From Candidatus Heimdallarchaeota archaeon B3_Heim (lineage in GTDB: Archaea > Asgardarchaeota > Heimdallarchaeia > Hodarchaeales > Hodarchaeaceae): a DNA stretch of 32,000 bases. Each line of letters starts with the position of its first letter. Position 1 is the stretch's first letter. The DNA lies in the NCBI GenBank assembly GCA_003144275.1, contig NJBF01000023.1, forward strand, positions 1 through 32,000, in the 5' to 3' direction. Position numbers and translations under genes: made by a program. Shown here piece after piece: positions 18,898 through 27,783 of this stretch. The notes below the pieces were generated by a model. That model made no database searches, was not told the origin of the DNA, and saw nothing but the letters and a program-made list of their open reading frames with translations.

Positions 18898-19073
18898 AGT
18901 CAATCTTAGATATTAAACCCGAATTAATCAGAATTAAGACTGATAGATCAGGAAAATGTGTCCTTTGTGATAAACAGTCTGAAGAAAGGATTTTAAGTGA
19001 AAATAACAAAAAAGTATTCTTCTGTAGAGACCATTTTGAAGCTCTTTGCACTAAATTGAAAAATTTCCATTAA
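18894..19073 (+). CDS. Small zinc-finger protein, 59 aa (below the ORF-track cutoff)
   Basis: MKSILDIKPELIRIKTDRSGKCVLCDKQSEERILSENNKKVFFCRDHFEALCTKLKNFH*, with CxxC...CxxH. ATGA overlap with the upstream stop. Confidence 0.78.
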   Translation: MKSILDIKPELIRIKTDRSGKCVLCDKQSEERILSENNKKVFFCRDHFEALCTKLKNFH

Positions 19074-19096
19074 AATAAAAGGAAGGTTGAAATAAA

Positions 19097-19585
19097 ATGA
19101 GGAAAAGAGGATTTGTATTTATTTGTAGTATAATATTATTGATCAATATTGGTTCAGTTAAAGCGAATCAAATATCAATTATCGGAGGAGCAACAACTAC
19201 AACATCAAGTCAACAATCGGTTTTTATACCAGTTGGTGACTATCATGTGTTTATTAATGCTAGTGGTTATTTAGGCTCATCAGTTGCTTACTGCACAGCT
19301 TCTAATAGCACAACAACACTCTTTACTTGGACTACAAGTGATAGTGTAGATAGTTGGACAGGTCAGATTACCTTTTCTAGTTCAAATACTATTAACTTTA
19401 CGTTTGAGATTCAGACTATCTATACGACTTCTTATGAAATGACTTTTCAGATCATTTTGACAGATCTGGATGTTGCCACCATTACGAAGACTGGTATAGT
19501 TGCAGATGCGACTTGGGGTATAGAATTCATTGGATTAGCCTTAATTTGCGTATCATTAGTTCTTTTACGTAAAAGACGGTTATAA
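19097..19585 (+). CDS. Small surface protein (signal peptide, Ser/Thr-rich beta domain, C-terminal TM plus basic tail)
   Basis: MRKR + hydrophobic stretch + VKA cleavage site; C-terminus WGIEFIGLALICVSLVLLRKRRL. Confidence 0.8.
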   Translation: MRKRGFVFICSIILLINIGSVKANQISIIGGATTTTSSQQSVFIPVGDYHVFINASGYLGSSVAYCTASNSTTTLFTWTTSDSVDSWTGQITFSSSNTINFTFEIQTIYTTSYEMTFQIILTDLDVATITKTGIVADATWGIEFIGLALICVSLVLLRKRRL

Positions 19586-19591
19586 AAAGAA

Positions 19592-19613
19592 TTCTTTTTT
19601 TCTCACTTTTTTT
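19592..19613 (+). terminator. Archaeal oligo-T terminator
   Basis: Two T7 runs (19595-19601 and 19607-19613) directly after the 19585 stop. Confidence 0.5.
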
Positions 19614-19711
19614 CGTATTAATAAAATCTTGTTCCAAATAAAAAACTAGATAAATAAAGCAAAAATTTTAGAATTTTCAATTAGAATTTATAGAAAGGGG
19701 TATTACAAAAA

Positions 19712-20359
19712 ATGAAAGAAGGTTTAGGTGGATCTGTATCAATATTTTTGAGATTATCAAATGCAAAGGATAGAATTCAATTTATCCTAAATAAAAATGG
19801 CTTTGATAGAATCCCAATTAAACAACCATCATTACAATATTCGGGTTTAATAGCAGCTCCAGTAAGATACGAAATTGCACAGAAAAACAATGTTATGATC
19901 AGGTATAATCCAGAAAGATATTTATTAGATGCTGTTGGATCTCTTGATGATATAATTACTACTATTGACGATCTTATCAAAGCATTTGAAAACCTAGGAT
20001 ATGACCTTGAAGACATGACTAGATATCTGGAATTTAATACACATCTTGAGGAGGGAATTGAAACAACAATGGCTAGTTTTTTTGAGAAACAAGTTGAATT
20101 AGGATCATTAAATAAAATTGGGAATTTATTAAAGGAAGAAAAATTAAGTGTATTCCAATTACATCTTTCTAATTCAATATCCCCTTTACATGATAACTGG
20201 CTTTCTTTTCGAATAAATCCTGATATTAATAGTAATAAGATTGTATTTATTAAAGTAACAAAACGAACAGAAACTTTTAAAGCCATGATAGACTTCTTAA
20301 CAAATTTTAATACAAGATTCGATGAAATCGTGAGTATTTTAGGGGAAGATGGACTATAA
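19712..20359 (+). CDS. Hypothetical protein
   Basis: 215-aa AT-rich ORF whose stop abuts the next ATG. No motif recognised. Confidence 0.7.
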   Translation: MKEGLGGSVSIFLRLSNAKDRIQFILNKNGFDRIPIKQPSLQYSGLIAAPVRYEIAQKNNVMIRYNPERYLLDAVGSLDDIITTIDDLIKAFENLGYDLEDMTRYLEFNTHLEEGIETTMASFFEKQVELGSLNKIGNLLKEEKLSVFQLHLSNSISPLHDNWLSFRINPDINSNKIVFIKVTKRTETFKAMIDFLTNFNTRFDEIVSILGEDGL

Positions 20360-20788
20360 ATGTCTGATAATGTTAATTGGCGAGAATTCCTTTTTAATAT
20401 TCTTAAAGGTAGTGAAAATAGGCCTGATGAAACTGCAGGAAGCACAGCAGGAGAAACAAAGAGAATATCTATGCAAAGAACAGTAATCGATCAAATAGAG
20501 GTTACACAAGGAATTGAAACAAACAAGGTTGTATTTAAAACGATTTTTGAGTTACTCAGTAATATAGATATGAGACTAAGAAAGCTAGAAAATCTATTCG
20601 TTTTTGAAGAGGAAGATGATTCATTATCATCATCTTCAAGAGAAGAAAGTAAAGCAAATATTATTTCTTTATTGCAAGAATCTGATATGACACTTTACCG
20701 ATATGAAATTGCAGATCATTTAAATTTAGATTTGGAACTGGTTTCAGAAATTGTAAATGAATTAAAGAATGACGGGTTGATTGATTAA
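20360..20788 (+). CDS. Hypothetical protein with coiled coil and C-terminal winged helix
   Basis: LSNIDMRLRKLENL heptads, then IISLLQE...YRYEIADHLNLDLELVSEIVNELKNDGLI. Confidence 0.7.
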   Translation: MSDNVNWREFLFNILKGSENRPDETAGSTAGETKRISMQRTVIDQIEVTQGIETNKVVFKTIFELLSNIDMRLRKLENLFVFEEEDDSLSSSSREESKANIISLLQESDMTLYRYEIADHLNLDLELVSEIVNELKNDGLID

Positions 20789-20966
20789 AATGTCAAATCA
20801 CATAGAAGAGGGCGATTCCATTCAGGGAGAAGTTATTAGTTGCCAAGCTAGAACTATAGGAAAAATAACAATAGTCCCAGGGTCTGGTTCTCACCGTGCT
20901 CAAAGAATAGTAATAAAAAGAAACGCTTTTTGTATCATAGACACACCTATACGAATAAGAAGGTAA
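20781..20966 (+). CDS. Small hypothetical protein
   Basis: Overlaps the end of the upstream gene. No motif recognised. Confidence 0.4.
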   Translation: MIKMSNHIEEGDSIQGEVISCQARTIGKITIVPGSGSHRAQRIVIKRNAFCIIDTPIRIRR

Positions 20967-21124
20967 AGCCTACTATATTTCTAATTGAATTCAGAACAAA
21001 AGGAGAATTTTTCGACGGATTTTCATATCTTTAGTAATTTTATAGTCGGGGTATCTTTAAGTTTACATATATAAGTTTGAAAATTGTAAAGTTTTTAATG
21101 GGTTGATTCAAATCCTTTTGTATA

Positions 21125-21739
21125 ATGGCAACAAGTGATTATCTTGATCCTACCTTCTTCATTGACAGTGACTCACCAATAATTCAACAAAAAGCGATTG
21201 ATCTACAATCCCAATCAGCAGATGCAGTGGATCTGAGTATTTCTATATTCAATTTTGTACGAGATACGATTAAATACAAAATAAATATGTCTTATTATGC
21301 TGGTCCTGATGATTTTAAAGCTAGTGCTACATTAAAACGAAAAGAGGGATTTTGTATCCCCAAATCGATTCTATTAGCCGCATTATATCGTAGCTGTAAG
21401 ATTCCTTCAAGATTGCATTTTGCTGATATTATCAACCATCGTAGTCCTGATTATTTAGTAAAACTCATGGGTACAAATGTATTCTATTTTCATGGGTATG
21501 CAGAGGTTTTTCTAAACGATCAATGGTACAAGCTTACTCCTTCTTTTGAAACCGAACTGTGTCTGAAACATGATTTTCCCATTTGTACCTTCAATGGATC
21601 AAATGACGCCACGTTTCCTTCAAAAGATCTACAAGATAGACCCTTCATTGAGTATCTGAAGGATAGGGGTGTTTTTGCAGATCTTCCTTTTTCCGAAATG
21701 GTGACTACATTCCAAGGGTATTACAGTGGCCATTTTTGA
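21125..21739 (+). CDS. Transglutaminase-like (papain-fold) protein
   Basis: IFNFVRDTIKY, GFCIPKSILLAALYRSCKIPSRL (catalytic Cys), FHGYAEVFLNDQW (His). Confidence 0.87.
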   Translation: MATSDYLDPTFFIDSDSPIIQQKAIDLQSQSADAVDLSISIFNFVRDTIKYKINMSYYAGPDDFKASATLKRKEGFCIPKSILLAALYRSCKIPSRLHFADIINHRSPDYLVKLMGTNVFYFHGYAEVFLNDQWYKLTPSFETELCLKHDFPICTFNGSNDATFPSKDLQDRPFIEYLKDRGVFADLPFSEMVTTFQGYYSGHF

Positions 21740-21984
21740 AGACTGGTTCAATGCTTTACGCTTTTATTTCCACAGTAGGAAGTTCACAATTGATCAAAAT
21801 CTAAAGTCTTTATGTTAACAGAAAAGGGAAAACTCATCAAGAATGCACTAAATTAACCCATAAGTCACTTCTATTTGGATTATACATCCTCGATTTTTTT
21901 TAAATACTGATTCTTTCCTTAGTCCAGCAATATTTATTTTCTGCTACAGATCTTAGTTAGTTGGTATTTCTGGAGAATAAAACA

Positions 21985-22641
21985 ATGGTATTTAGACTAC
22001 TTTGAATAAATGGTTCCCCCAAAAAACCCGCTGCGAAAACAAATTCACAATTTTTACTCAATACTACCTTACAAAGTGCTAAAGAACAAGGAATTGAAAC
22101 GACATTAATAAATTTGCCTGATTACAAGATCAACCTGTGCAACGGGTGTGAAGTGTGTACCACAAAACCTTGCCCTCTTGATAAGGATGATGATTATCCA
22201 AAGATCGAAGCTCTGATTCAAGAGCACGATGGTTTGATAATTGCCTCTCCTTCATACTGGACTGGTCCTCCTGGCATTTTAAAGAATTTTTTTGACCGTT
22301 CACGTGACAATAAGATGCCTAAACAATTATGGGAAGGAAAATTATTTTCAGCTATTGCTGTGTCTGGTTTACGGGTGGGAGGACAGGAAACAGTTGTCTC
22401 CCATTTGATTACTTTTGGTTTAGCACATGGAATGTTAATTGTTGGAGGTACAGGTCACCCATGGTTTACTGCTCCCTTTCCTATGGGTTCCATGATGTAT
22501 GATGAAGTCATTGATGGAGAAGTAAAAGTTAAATTTCGACATGTGAAGAATGATATCATTTCTATTCGTGACTCTGAGGCTTTAGGCAAACGGATAGCTG
22601 AATTAGGAATAAAGTTATTCACTAGAACGAGTAAAGATTAA
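21985..22641 (+). pseudogene. Iron-sulfur flavoprotein / NADPH-dependent FMN reductase with an in-frame TGA at codon 7
   Basis: ATG 21985 (GGAG upstream) reads MVFRLL*INGSPKK..., in frame with ORF 22114-22641. Isf-type CNGCEVCTTKPC and IASPSYW, LKNFFDR motifs. TGA at 22003-22005. Confidence 0.85.
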
Positions 22642-22652
22642 TAACGTGACAT

Positions 22653-22922
22653 TTGGTGGAATTATTGGAAGATCCCTTCGCTCGTAAAAAATTGGAAAAA
22701 ATTGATTCGAAAACAGGATGGGGTAAAAGAGTTTACTATGTCTTATATGGATCCCAGGATGAAGATTTCTGTGATAAATGTAAGAAAACATTTAGCGATG
22801 ACGAATACAACATTTATAGTGATATTTCGGAGTGTTGTTATTGTCTACCCTGCTTTTTCAAAGGTTTTAAATTTACAACATTAAGACATTTGCGTTTTTT
22901 TAGATCTCTCTCACCAAAGTAA
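22653..22922 (+). CDS. Small Cys-rich (putative Zn-binding) protein
   Basis: FCDKC...ECCYCLPC. Starts 11 nt after the flavoprotein stop. Confidence 0.55.
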   Translation: MVELLEDPFARKKLEKIDSKTGWGKRVYYVLYGSQDEDFCDKCKKTFSDDEYNIYSDISECCYCLPCFFKGFKFTTLRHLRFFRSLSPK

Positions 22923-23186
22923 TGAGACGAATGATCTAGTCGGTATTTATTATTATTTTTAAAAGTGTAAATAATTTCAATAATTAAATCTCTACTCTCG
23001 ATATCAAATTGAACGATTTTGATCCTGTAATTCTAAATAATCCATCCACTTGCGTCGATTACTGTTCCAATGCTCCTGGAGATTTAAACGAACATAGTTA
23101 TTACTTAATAGAATAGTATAAATCTTATCACTCATAGTATCACTTTACAGTTTTTCATTCATCATATTCCTTTTAATCTCCCAAAA

Positions 23187-24005
23187 ATGCTTCTCAACCT
23201 AGATCCTTTCTTTCCTTTTAATATTCGAAAAATTTTTGGTGTACTGACTTTGAAAATAAAACATGCTCTTGTCCGAGAACCTAGTGACACCTTTTCTAGT
23301 TGTATCTCTTCTCACCCACTGCATAGTTCTGTTAGTAGAATGCAAGCTAAAGTGCAGCACCAGAATTATTGCGAAGTTCTATCTGATTTTGGATTAGAAG
23401 TTATGAAACTCCCACCTGACAATTCATTTCCTGATGGTTGTTTTGTTGAAGACACAGCAATCATCCATAAGAACAGAGCATTAATTTCACGAATGGGAGC
23501 CATCAGTAGAAGAGGAGAAGAGCAAGCAGTCCTTGAATACCTATCGGAATCTTTGAAAGTTAAGGTTACTGAAGCCCCAGGTACTATTGAAGGGGGAGAT
23601 GTCCTTCACCTACCTAGTTTTCTAATTTCTGGAGTCTCACAGAGAACAAATAAAGTAGGGGTAAGGCAACTCTCAGATTGGTTACAAATTGAAGTCAAAA
23701 CAGTAATCGATAACTCTATTATTCATCTTAAAAGTCATGTGACCTATCTTGATTCAGGTACTGTGATTGTTAATGAGAATGTCTCCAATCATCCTGTTCT
23801 TGAATCTCTTACTAAAATTGTAACCGTGTCAAGGGAGAATTATGCTGCTAATACATTAACAATTAATAATACCGTTTTACTCCCAACTGGATTTCCTGAC
23901 ACATATCAACAATTAACAAACAATGGGTTTGAAGTCATCACTCTCAATGTGTCTGAGTTTCAGAAGTGTGAAGGCGCCTTAACGTGCCTATCACTTCTAT
24001 TCTAA
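23187..24005 (+). CDS. Dimethylarginine dimethylaminohydrolase / amidinotransferase family protein
   Basis: FPDGCFVEDTA, SRRGEE, IEGGDV, HLKS, GALTCLS (Asp/His/Cys catalytic positions). The true start is probably TTG 23250. Confidence 0.9.
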   Translation: MLLNLDPFFPFNIRKIFGVLTLKIKHALVREPSDTFSSCISSHPLHSSVSRMQAKVQHQNYCEVLSDFGLEVMKLPPDNSFPDGCFVEDTAIIHKNRALISRMGAISRRGEEQAVLEYLSESLKVKVTEAPGTIEGGDVLHLPSFLISGVSQRTNKVGVRQLSDWLQIEVKTVIDNSIIHLKSHVTYLDSGTVIVNENVSNHPVLESLTKIVTVSRENYAANTLTINNTVLLPTGFPDTYQQLTNNGFEVITLNVSEFQKCEGALTCLSLLF

Positions 24006-24049
24006 TTTAACTAGAAGAGTATGCTTTATTCTATGCATCTTGATTTCAG

Positions 24050-25525
24050 TTAATCAAACCGTTTCCAGTCAAACGTCTTTCGAATGTTCATACTCCAGCG
24101 AACGATCACATCAGGACCAATATAATAACTAATTTTAACCCCAGGTACCTCAGTATAGAGAGAAGCGAAACGATACAATAGCGTATGAGTCCAAGATAAG
24201 GGGATGTTCACTATCCCAACCATTAACCCCTTTTTATCATTATAAAACACATTGGAAAAAGGGAAAAACTTGAAATGTTGAAGTATTCTTTGGACATCAT
24301 CACTCGGGAGGTCATAAATAAGGAAATAGACCCATGAACCAAGTCCGATGTGAGAAAATGTGGGAAACCGATTGATGATTTTATTTCGAAGTAAATTTGT
24401 CCAATCAACATTGATGCTTTTTCTGGATCGTTTTAGCTGCGTTTCGAGAGCCTTATAATCCATGGTGGAATATTGATAAATATAACCCAGCAGTTCAGCT
24501 TCCTGACGCGATACCTGATAATAATCATAATCAGGATCTAGATTGTACTCGAATCCAATATTTCCTACAATCAGCTCACGTTTCCAACTTCCACCTGGTC
24601 GCAGCAATGGTGGTCTCAATTTCCATCTTTCTTCAGGCTTAGCCGTTAAACCAGCAAGGTTCCAATTTCGGTATTGTTTTGTTGGGATAGTAAAAGCTCC
24701 TGGTGAAATCCCAAACGTAGATTCCAAGCTTGAAATTATTTCAGAATTCGCATACGGATACTGGACGACTGCGACATGTTTTTGCAATGGGGGAGCTGGG
24801 AAGTTATAAAAAACATATTCTAGTACCTCTTCAGGAATCTCCTGAAGAGTAGTTTCATGAAGAAAAACAACGGTTTGATAACCAATTTTTGCCATATCTA
24901 AAGAATAAAACATGCTAAGTAGTGAACATTCAAGTAGAAAATCCAACCGACTTGTAACCGTTCTGACATCTTGTCGTGTTCCATAAGCCAATTCTTTTAA
25001 CTTCGGGAATTTATCTAAAGATTTCGAAAAATTTGGATTAGCAAGCTTTTGAATTATCTTAACATCCGTTTTCCGTAAAGAGAAATTATAGTCTCTCGTA
25101 AGTTGAAAAATGACTTTTCTAAAATTTTCTAAAGAAGGTTTATTTTGTAATTGTTCATAGATCTCCCCTTCACGGGTATTTGCCTCGTATATTATGAGTT
25201 TTCTTGGTATTAATACATTTATTCCATCCATATGAAATAGTACAGAATGAAAACGTGTGGCATACGATTCTACAAACTGAATATAGTCCAAATGCTTCCA
25301 CTTCTGGTAGAAGGGCAAAGTAAACTCCAGAAATATTTTTTCAGCTAAATCTCCCCAATTTCGCCATAATTGATATTTATGTTGTTCAGAATGCATCAAG
25401 ACGCGAATGTTACTCCAAATATTGAGGAAATCACCAATGAATGCTTTCTCTTGTTGTAAATTAATCGATTCGGCTGAATCCTTAAGAACCATTCCAAAAA
25501 CCATCAATTTTTTCTTGAAAACCAA
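24050..25525 (-). CDS. Large transcriptional regulator with two tandem Lrp/AsnC-like HTH+RAM modules
   Basis: Module 1: DVKIIQKL...LKELAYGTRQDVRTVTSRLDFL...LDMAKIGY. Module 2: EAELLGYI...YKALETQLKRSRKSI..DWTNLL...FSHIGLG. The N-terminal ~130 aa is helical and unrecognised. Confidence 0.7.
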   Translation of the reverse strand: MVFKKKLMVFGMVLKDSAESINLQQEKAFIGDFLNIWSNIRVLMHSEQHKYQLWRNWGDLAEKIFLEFTLPFYQKWKHLDYIQFVESYATRFHSVLFHMDGINVLIPRKLIIYEANTREGEIYEQLQNKPSLENFRKVIFQLTRDYNFSLRKTDVKIIQKLANPNFSKSLDKFPKLKELAYGTRQDVRTVTSRLDFLLECSLLSMFYSLDMAKIGYQTVVFLHETTLQEIPEEVLEYVFYNFPAPPLQKHVAVVQYPYANSEIISSLESTFGISPGAFTIPTKQYRNWNLAGLTAKPEERWKLRPPLLRPGGSWKRELIVGNIGFEYNLDPDYDYYQVSRQEAELLGYIYQYSTMDYKALETQLKRSRKSINVDWTNLLRNKIINRFPTFSHIGLGSWVYFLIYDLPSDDVQRILQHFKFFPFSNVFYNDKKGLMVGIVNIPLSWTHTLLYRFASLYTEVPGVKISYYIGPDVIVRWSMNIRKTFDWKRFD

Positions 25526-25647
25526 TTTAGAGAAAACGAATTTCAGTTACTTTTATGCATTTTTCCACCTTCATTAATCTTATCTAATTTTTCACATGGA
25601 ATCCTAAATGCTCTCAGAAATAAAATAAACAAACGGATGAATGAAAA

Positions 25648-25818
25648 ATGATACGAAATATTCGAAATCGTCTCCAAATACTGAAACCAACACGAATTGA
25701 CTTCTACAAATTCTTACCTTTAGTTTTTATTGTGGTATTATTAATGATAACGATAAGTTTGGGCATTGCAGATCCCACTACACCCCCTCCAAGACCACCT
25801 AATGGTGATGGTACTTAG
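25648..25818 (+). CDS. Secreted peptide precursor, 56 aa (below the ORF-track cutoff)
   Basis: MIRNIRNRLQILKPTRIDFYKFLPLVFIVVLLMITISLGIA|DPTTPPPRPPNGDGT*: basic n-region, long hydrophobic h-region, G-I-A signal peptidase I site, short Pro-rich mature part. Confidence 0.72.
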   Translation: MIRNIRNRLQILKPTRIDFYKFLPLVFIVVLLMITISLGIADPTTPPPRPPNGDGT

Positions 25819-25841
25819 GAATAATTATACAATAAACAGGT

Positions 25842-27208
25842 TTGAAAATGATGTCGGGGACAGTGCTATCCTTTAATCCTGCTATTAACCGCGGATTACT
25901 CTCAGCTCTCTTACCAATGACTTTCATACAGGACTTCCACATTCAGCATTCAGAAATAATCTGCTATTTCACAAAGAATTATGAAGAAATCCTTCCTCAA
26001 GTGCAAACATTTTTGGATGCAATCGGAGAAATTGCAGAGACGCAGTTCTATTTTGAAATGCAAACTAGCAGGATTGGGGCATTAAAAATATATGATACAG
26101 AACCACTCACGTTGAATGAACATTTACTGTTTGAAAACAACATTGATTGCGAATTAAAAAAGAATATAATCCAATGACACTTATTAGCACTAAAAGCTGT
26201 GGTGAACTCATGTTTCAAAAAGAAAACAGTTTGTACAACCAGAACGAACTGTACTACTCAAAATTCTTGTGGAAACATCAGCAACCCAAAGACGCAAGTC
26301 TTCCGAGGGACTACCAAAAACCAACCAAGAAAACCTGGGGATGACCAATTACTCACCAAGAATTAACCACTGAAAATGCCTTTACAAATCCGTTTCAATC
26401 CTATATCATTACGGATGATGATGTAATCCTTTATTATACGCAATCTTTTGCGGAAATAAGTGGTCTCAATCCATCCCAGTCATCCTCCCGTCTCTCACAG
26501 CTAAATACCCAAGATGTAAACTTTAACCTTCTTGAAGATTCACATTTAATATATAACGTTTATTCCTGTCATAAAAAGTCACCTATTCCCCTACCCTATC
26601 AACAAATGTGGATTGAAGACCTTATTCATGAATTACGCACTGCTAGCCTCATAATGGGACTTGGAACTAGATTGATACAAGAAACATCTAGTTCTTCGCT
26701 TCCTTATCTATTTAAAACCCTTAGAACAGCCTCACATCGACAGAAAATGAGCACTTTAATTGCCTCAGATTTTATTCAACTTTTAAGCTCTCCTCCCTCA
26801 TTATCTCCGGCTACTTTGTCAGGAGTAATTTCCAAAAGCTGGAGCTCCTCTCCAGATCCTTCTAGGGTCAGATTTCATGTTCAAGCAAATAATGGCTGTA
26901 ATGAGCCGTATTTCAACGCAAATCCCGTTATTTATGGCAGTGAACATTTTCTAGCTAATTTTTGTATTACTACTCTCACCTGGTTTGAAAACGAACCCGT
27001 TACGATTGAATTGGAACAAATAAACCGCGTTTCGATCAGGCTTAGCTTTTGTATTCCCTATGATCACTATTTATCTTCGTTACAAAGCTATCGGTTAATT
27101 AATCATTATTTTCAATACATAGCTGCTTATTTTAATCTCCGTTGTTGGTTAACTCAATCAACCTTCAATATTGTTTTCCCCTTATTAATTGACCAAAGTA
27201 ATAGTTAA
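25842..27208 (+). pseudogene. Disrupted cytoplasmic PAS-HisKA-degenerate HATPase protein
   Basis: The frame of ORF 26606-27208 is open from 26345 and encodes PAS-like AFTNPFQSYIITDDDVILYYTQSFAEISGLN, then EDLIHELRTASLIMG (H-box-like). The HATPase-length C-terminus has no recognisable N/G boxes. Upstream pieces lie in other frames, with TGA at 26175-26177 and 26342-26344. Confidence 0.55.
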
Positions 27209-27705
27209 TTGGGGGGAATACTTGCATCAGGATCCTTATACCCGTAATAGGCTCCCATATCTACGGAAACATTATTTATTCTCAAATAAGTGAATATCTG
27301 TCCCGCATGAAACCATTCATGACCAATTTCGTCGAATATTTCGTGGTACAATGAAGATTTTTCTTCCTGATAAAAAAACTTCACTTTTTTCTCTCGTGCG
27401 TCCTCCAAATGTTCCTCAAGATATGTAATTAATTTTTCAAGTCCCTCATCATAAAGCTTCACCAAACCTTGTGCATTTAAAGGAAAATTTTGCTTTTCAA
27501 GTTCACTAAATTCTTCTCCTGATTTTAATTCACCTTTAAATAATTCAAGGAGCATTAATGGACTAGAGGCCAAATGATTCGCTAATTCAGCTGTACTCTT
27601 CATTCCAGAACCAGGTTTCCAGTCCCAGATATCAAGGGGAATCATTTTCAGTAAATATACTATGCCTTTTCGGCGTTTTTGCATTGTGGCAATTAGTTCC
27701 TCCAT
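27205..27705 (-). CDS. DinB/YfiT-like family protein
   Basis: WDWKP..GMKSTAELANHL and HEWFHAGQIFTYLR metal-binding His pattern. Confidence 0.87.
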   Translation of the reverse strand: MEELIATMQKRRKGIVYLLKMIPLDIWDWKPGSGMKSTAELANHLASSPLMLLELFKGELKSGEEFSELEKQNFPLNAQGLVKLYDEGLEKLITYLEEHLEDAREKKVKFFYQEEKSSLYHEIFDEIGHEWFHAGQIFTYLRINNVSVDMGAYYGYKDPDASIPPN

Positions 27706-27783
27706 ATTGTAACATCCGAAATCAATTCATAACTGAAGTACTTTTAAAGGTGACTCCCCTAGCAGCTTTGAGATTGATCTGTT

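Noticed and set aside
22857-23135. Possible frameshifted minus-strand ORF (MSDKIYTILL... / KIVQFDIESR...)
   Set aside because: It needs an assumed frameshift, has no recognisable domain, and overlaps the + strand Cys-rich ORF.
25771-25815. Resemblance of the predicted mature peptide to Pro-rich plant peptide hormones
   Set aside because: Low-complexity 15-mer, so the similarity is superficial and gives no evidence of homology.
21985-26344. Genome-wide UGA recoding (three in-frame TGAs at 22003, 26175, 26342)
   Set aside because: TGA is clearly used as a stop elsewhere in the window (transposase, GTPase, transglutaminase, and ATGA overlaps at 9682-9685 and 18894-18897).
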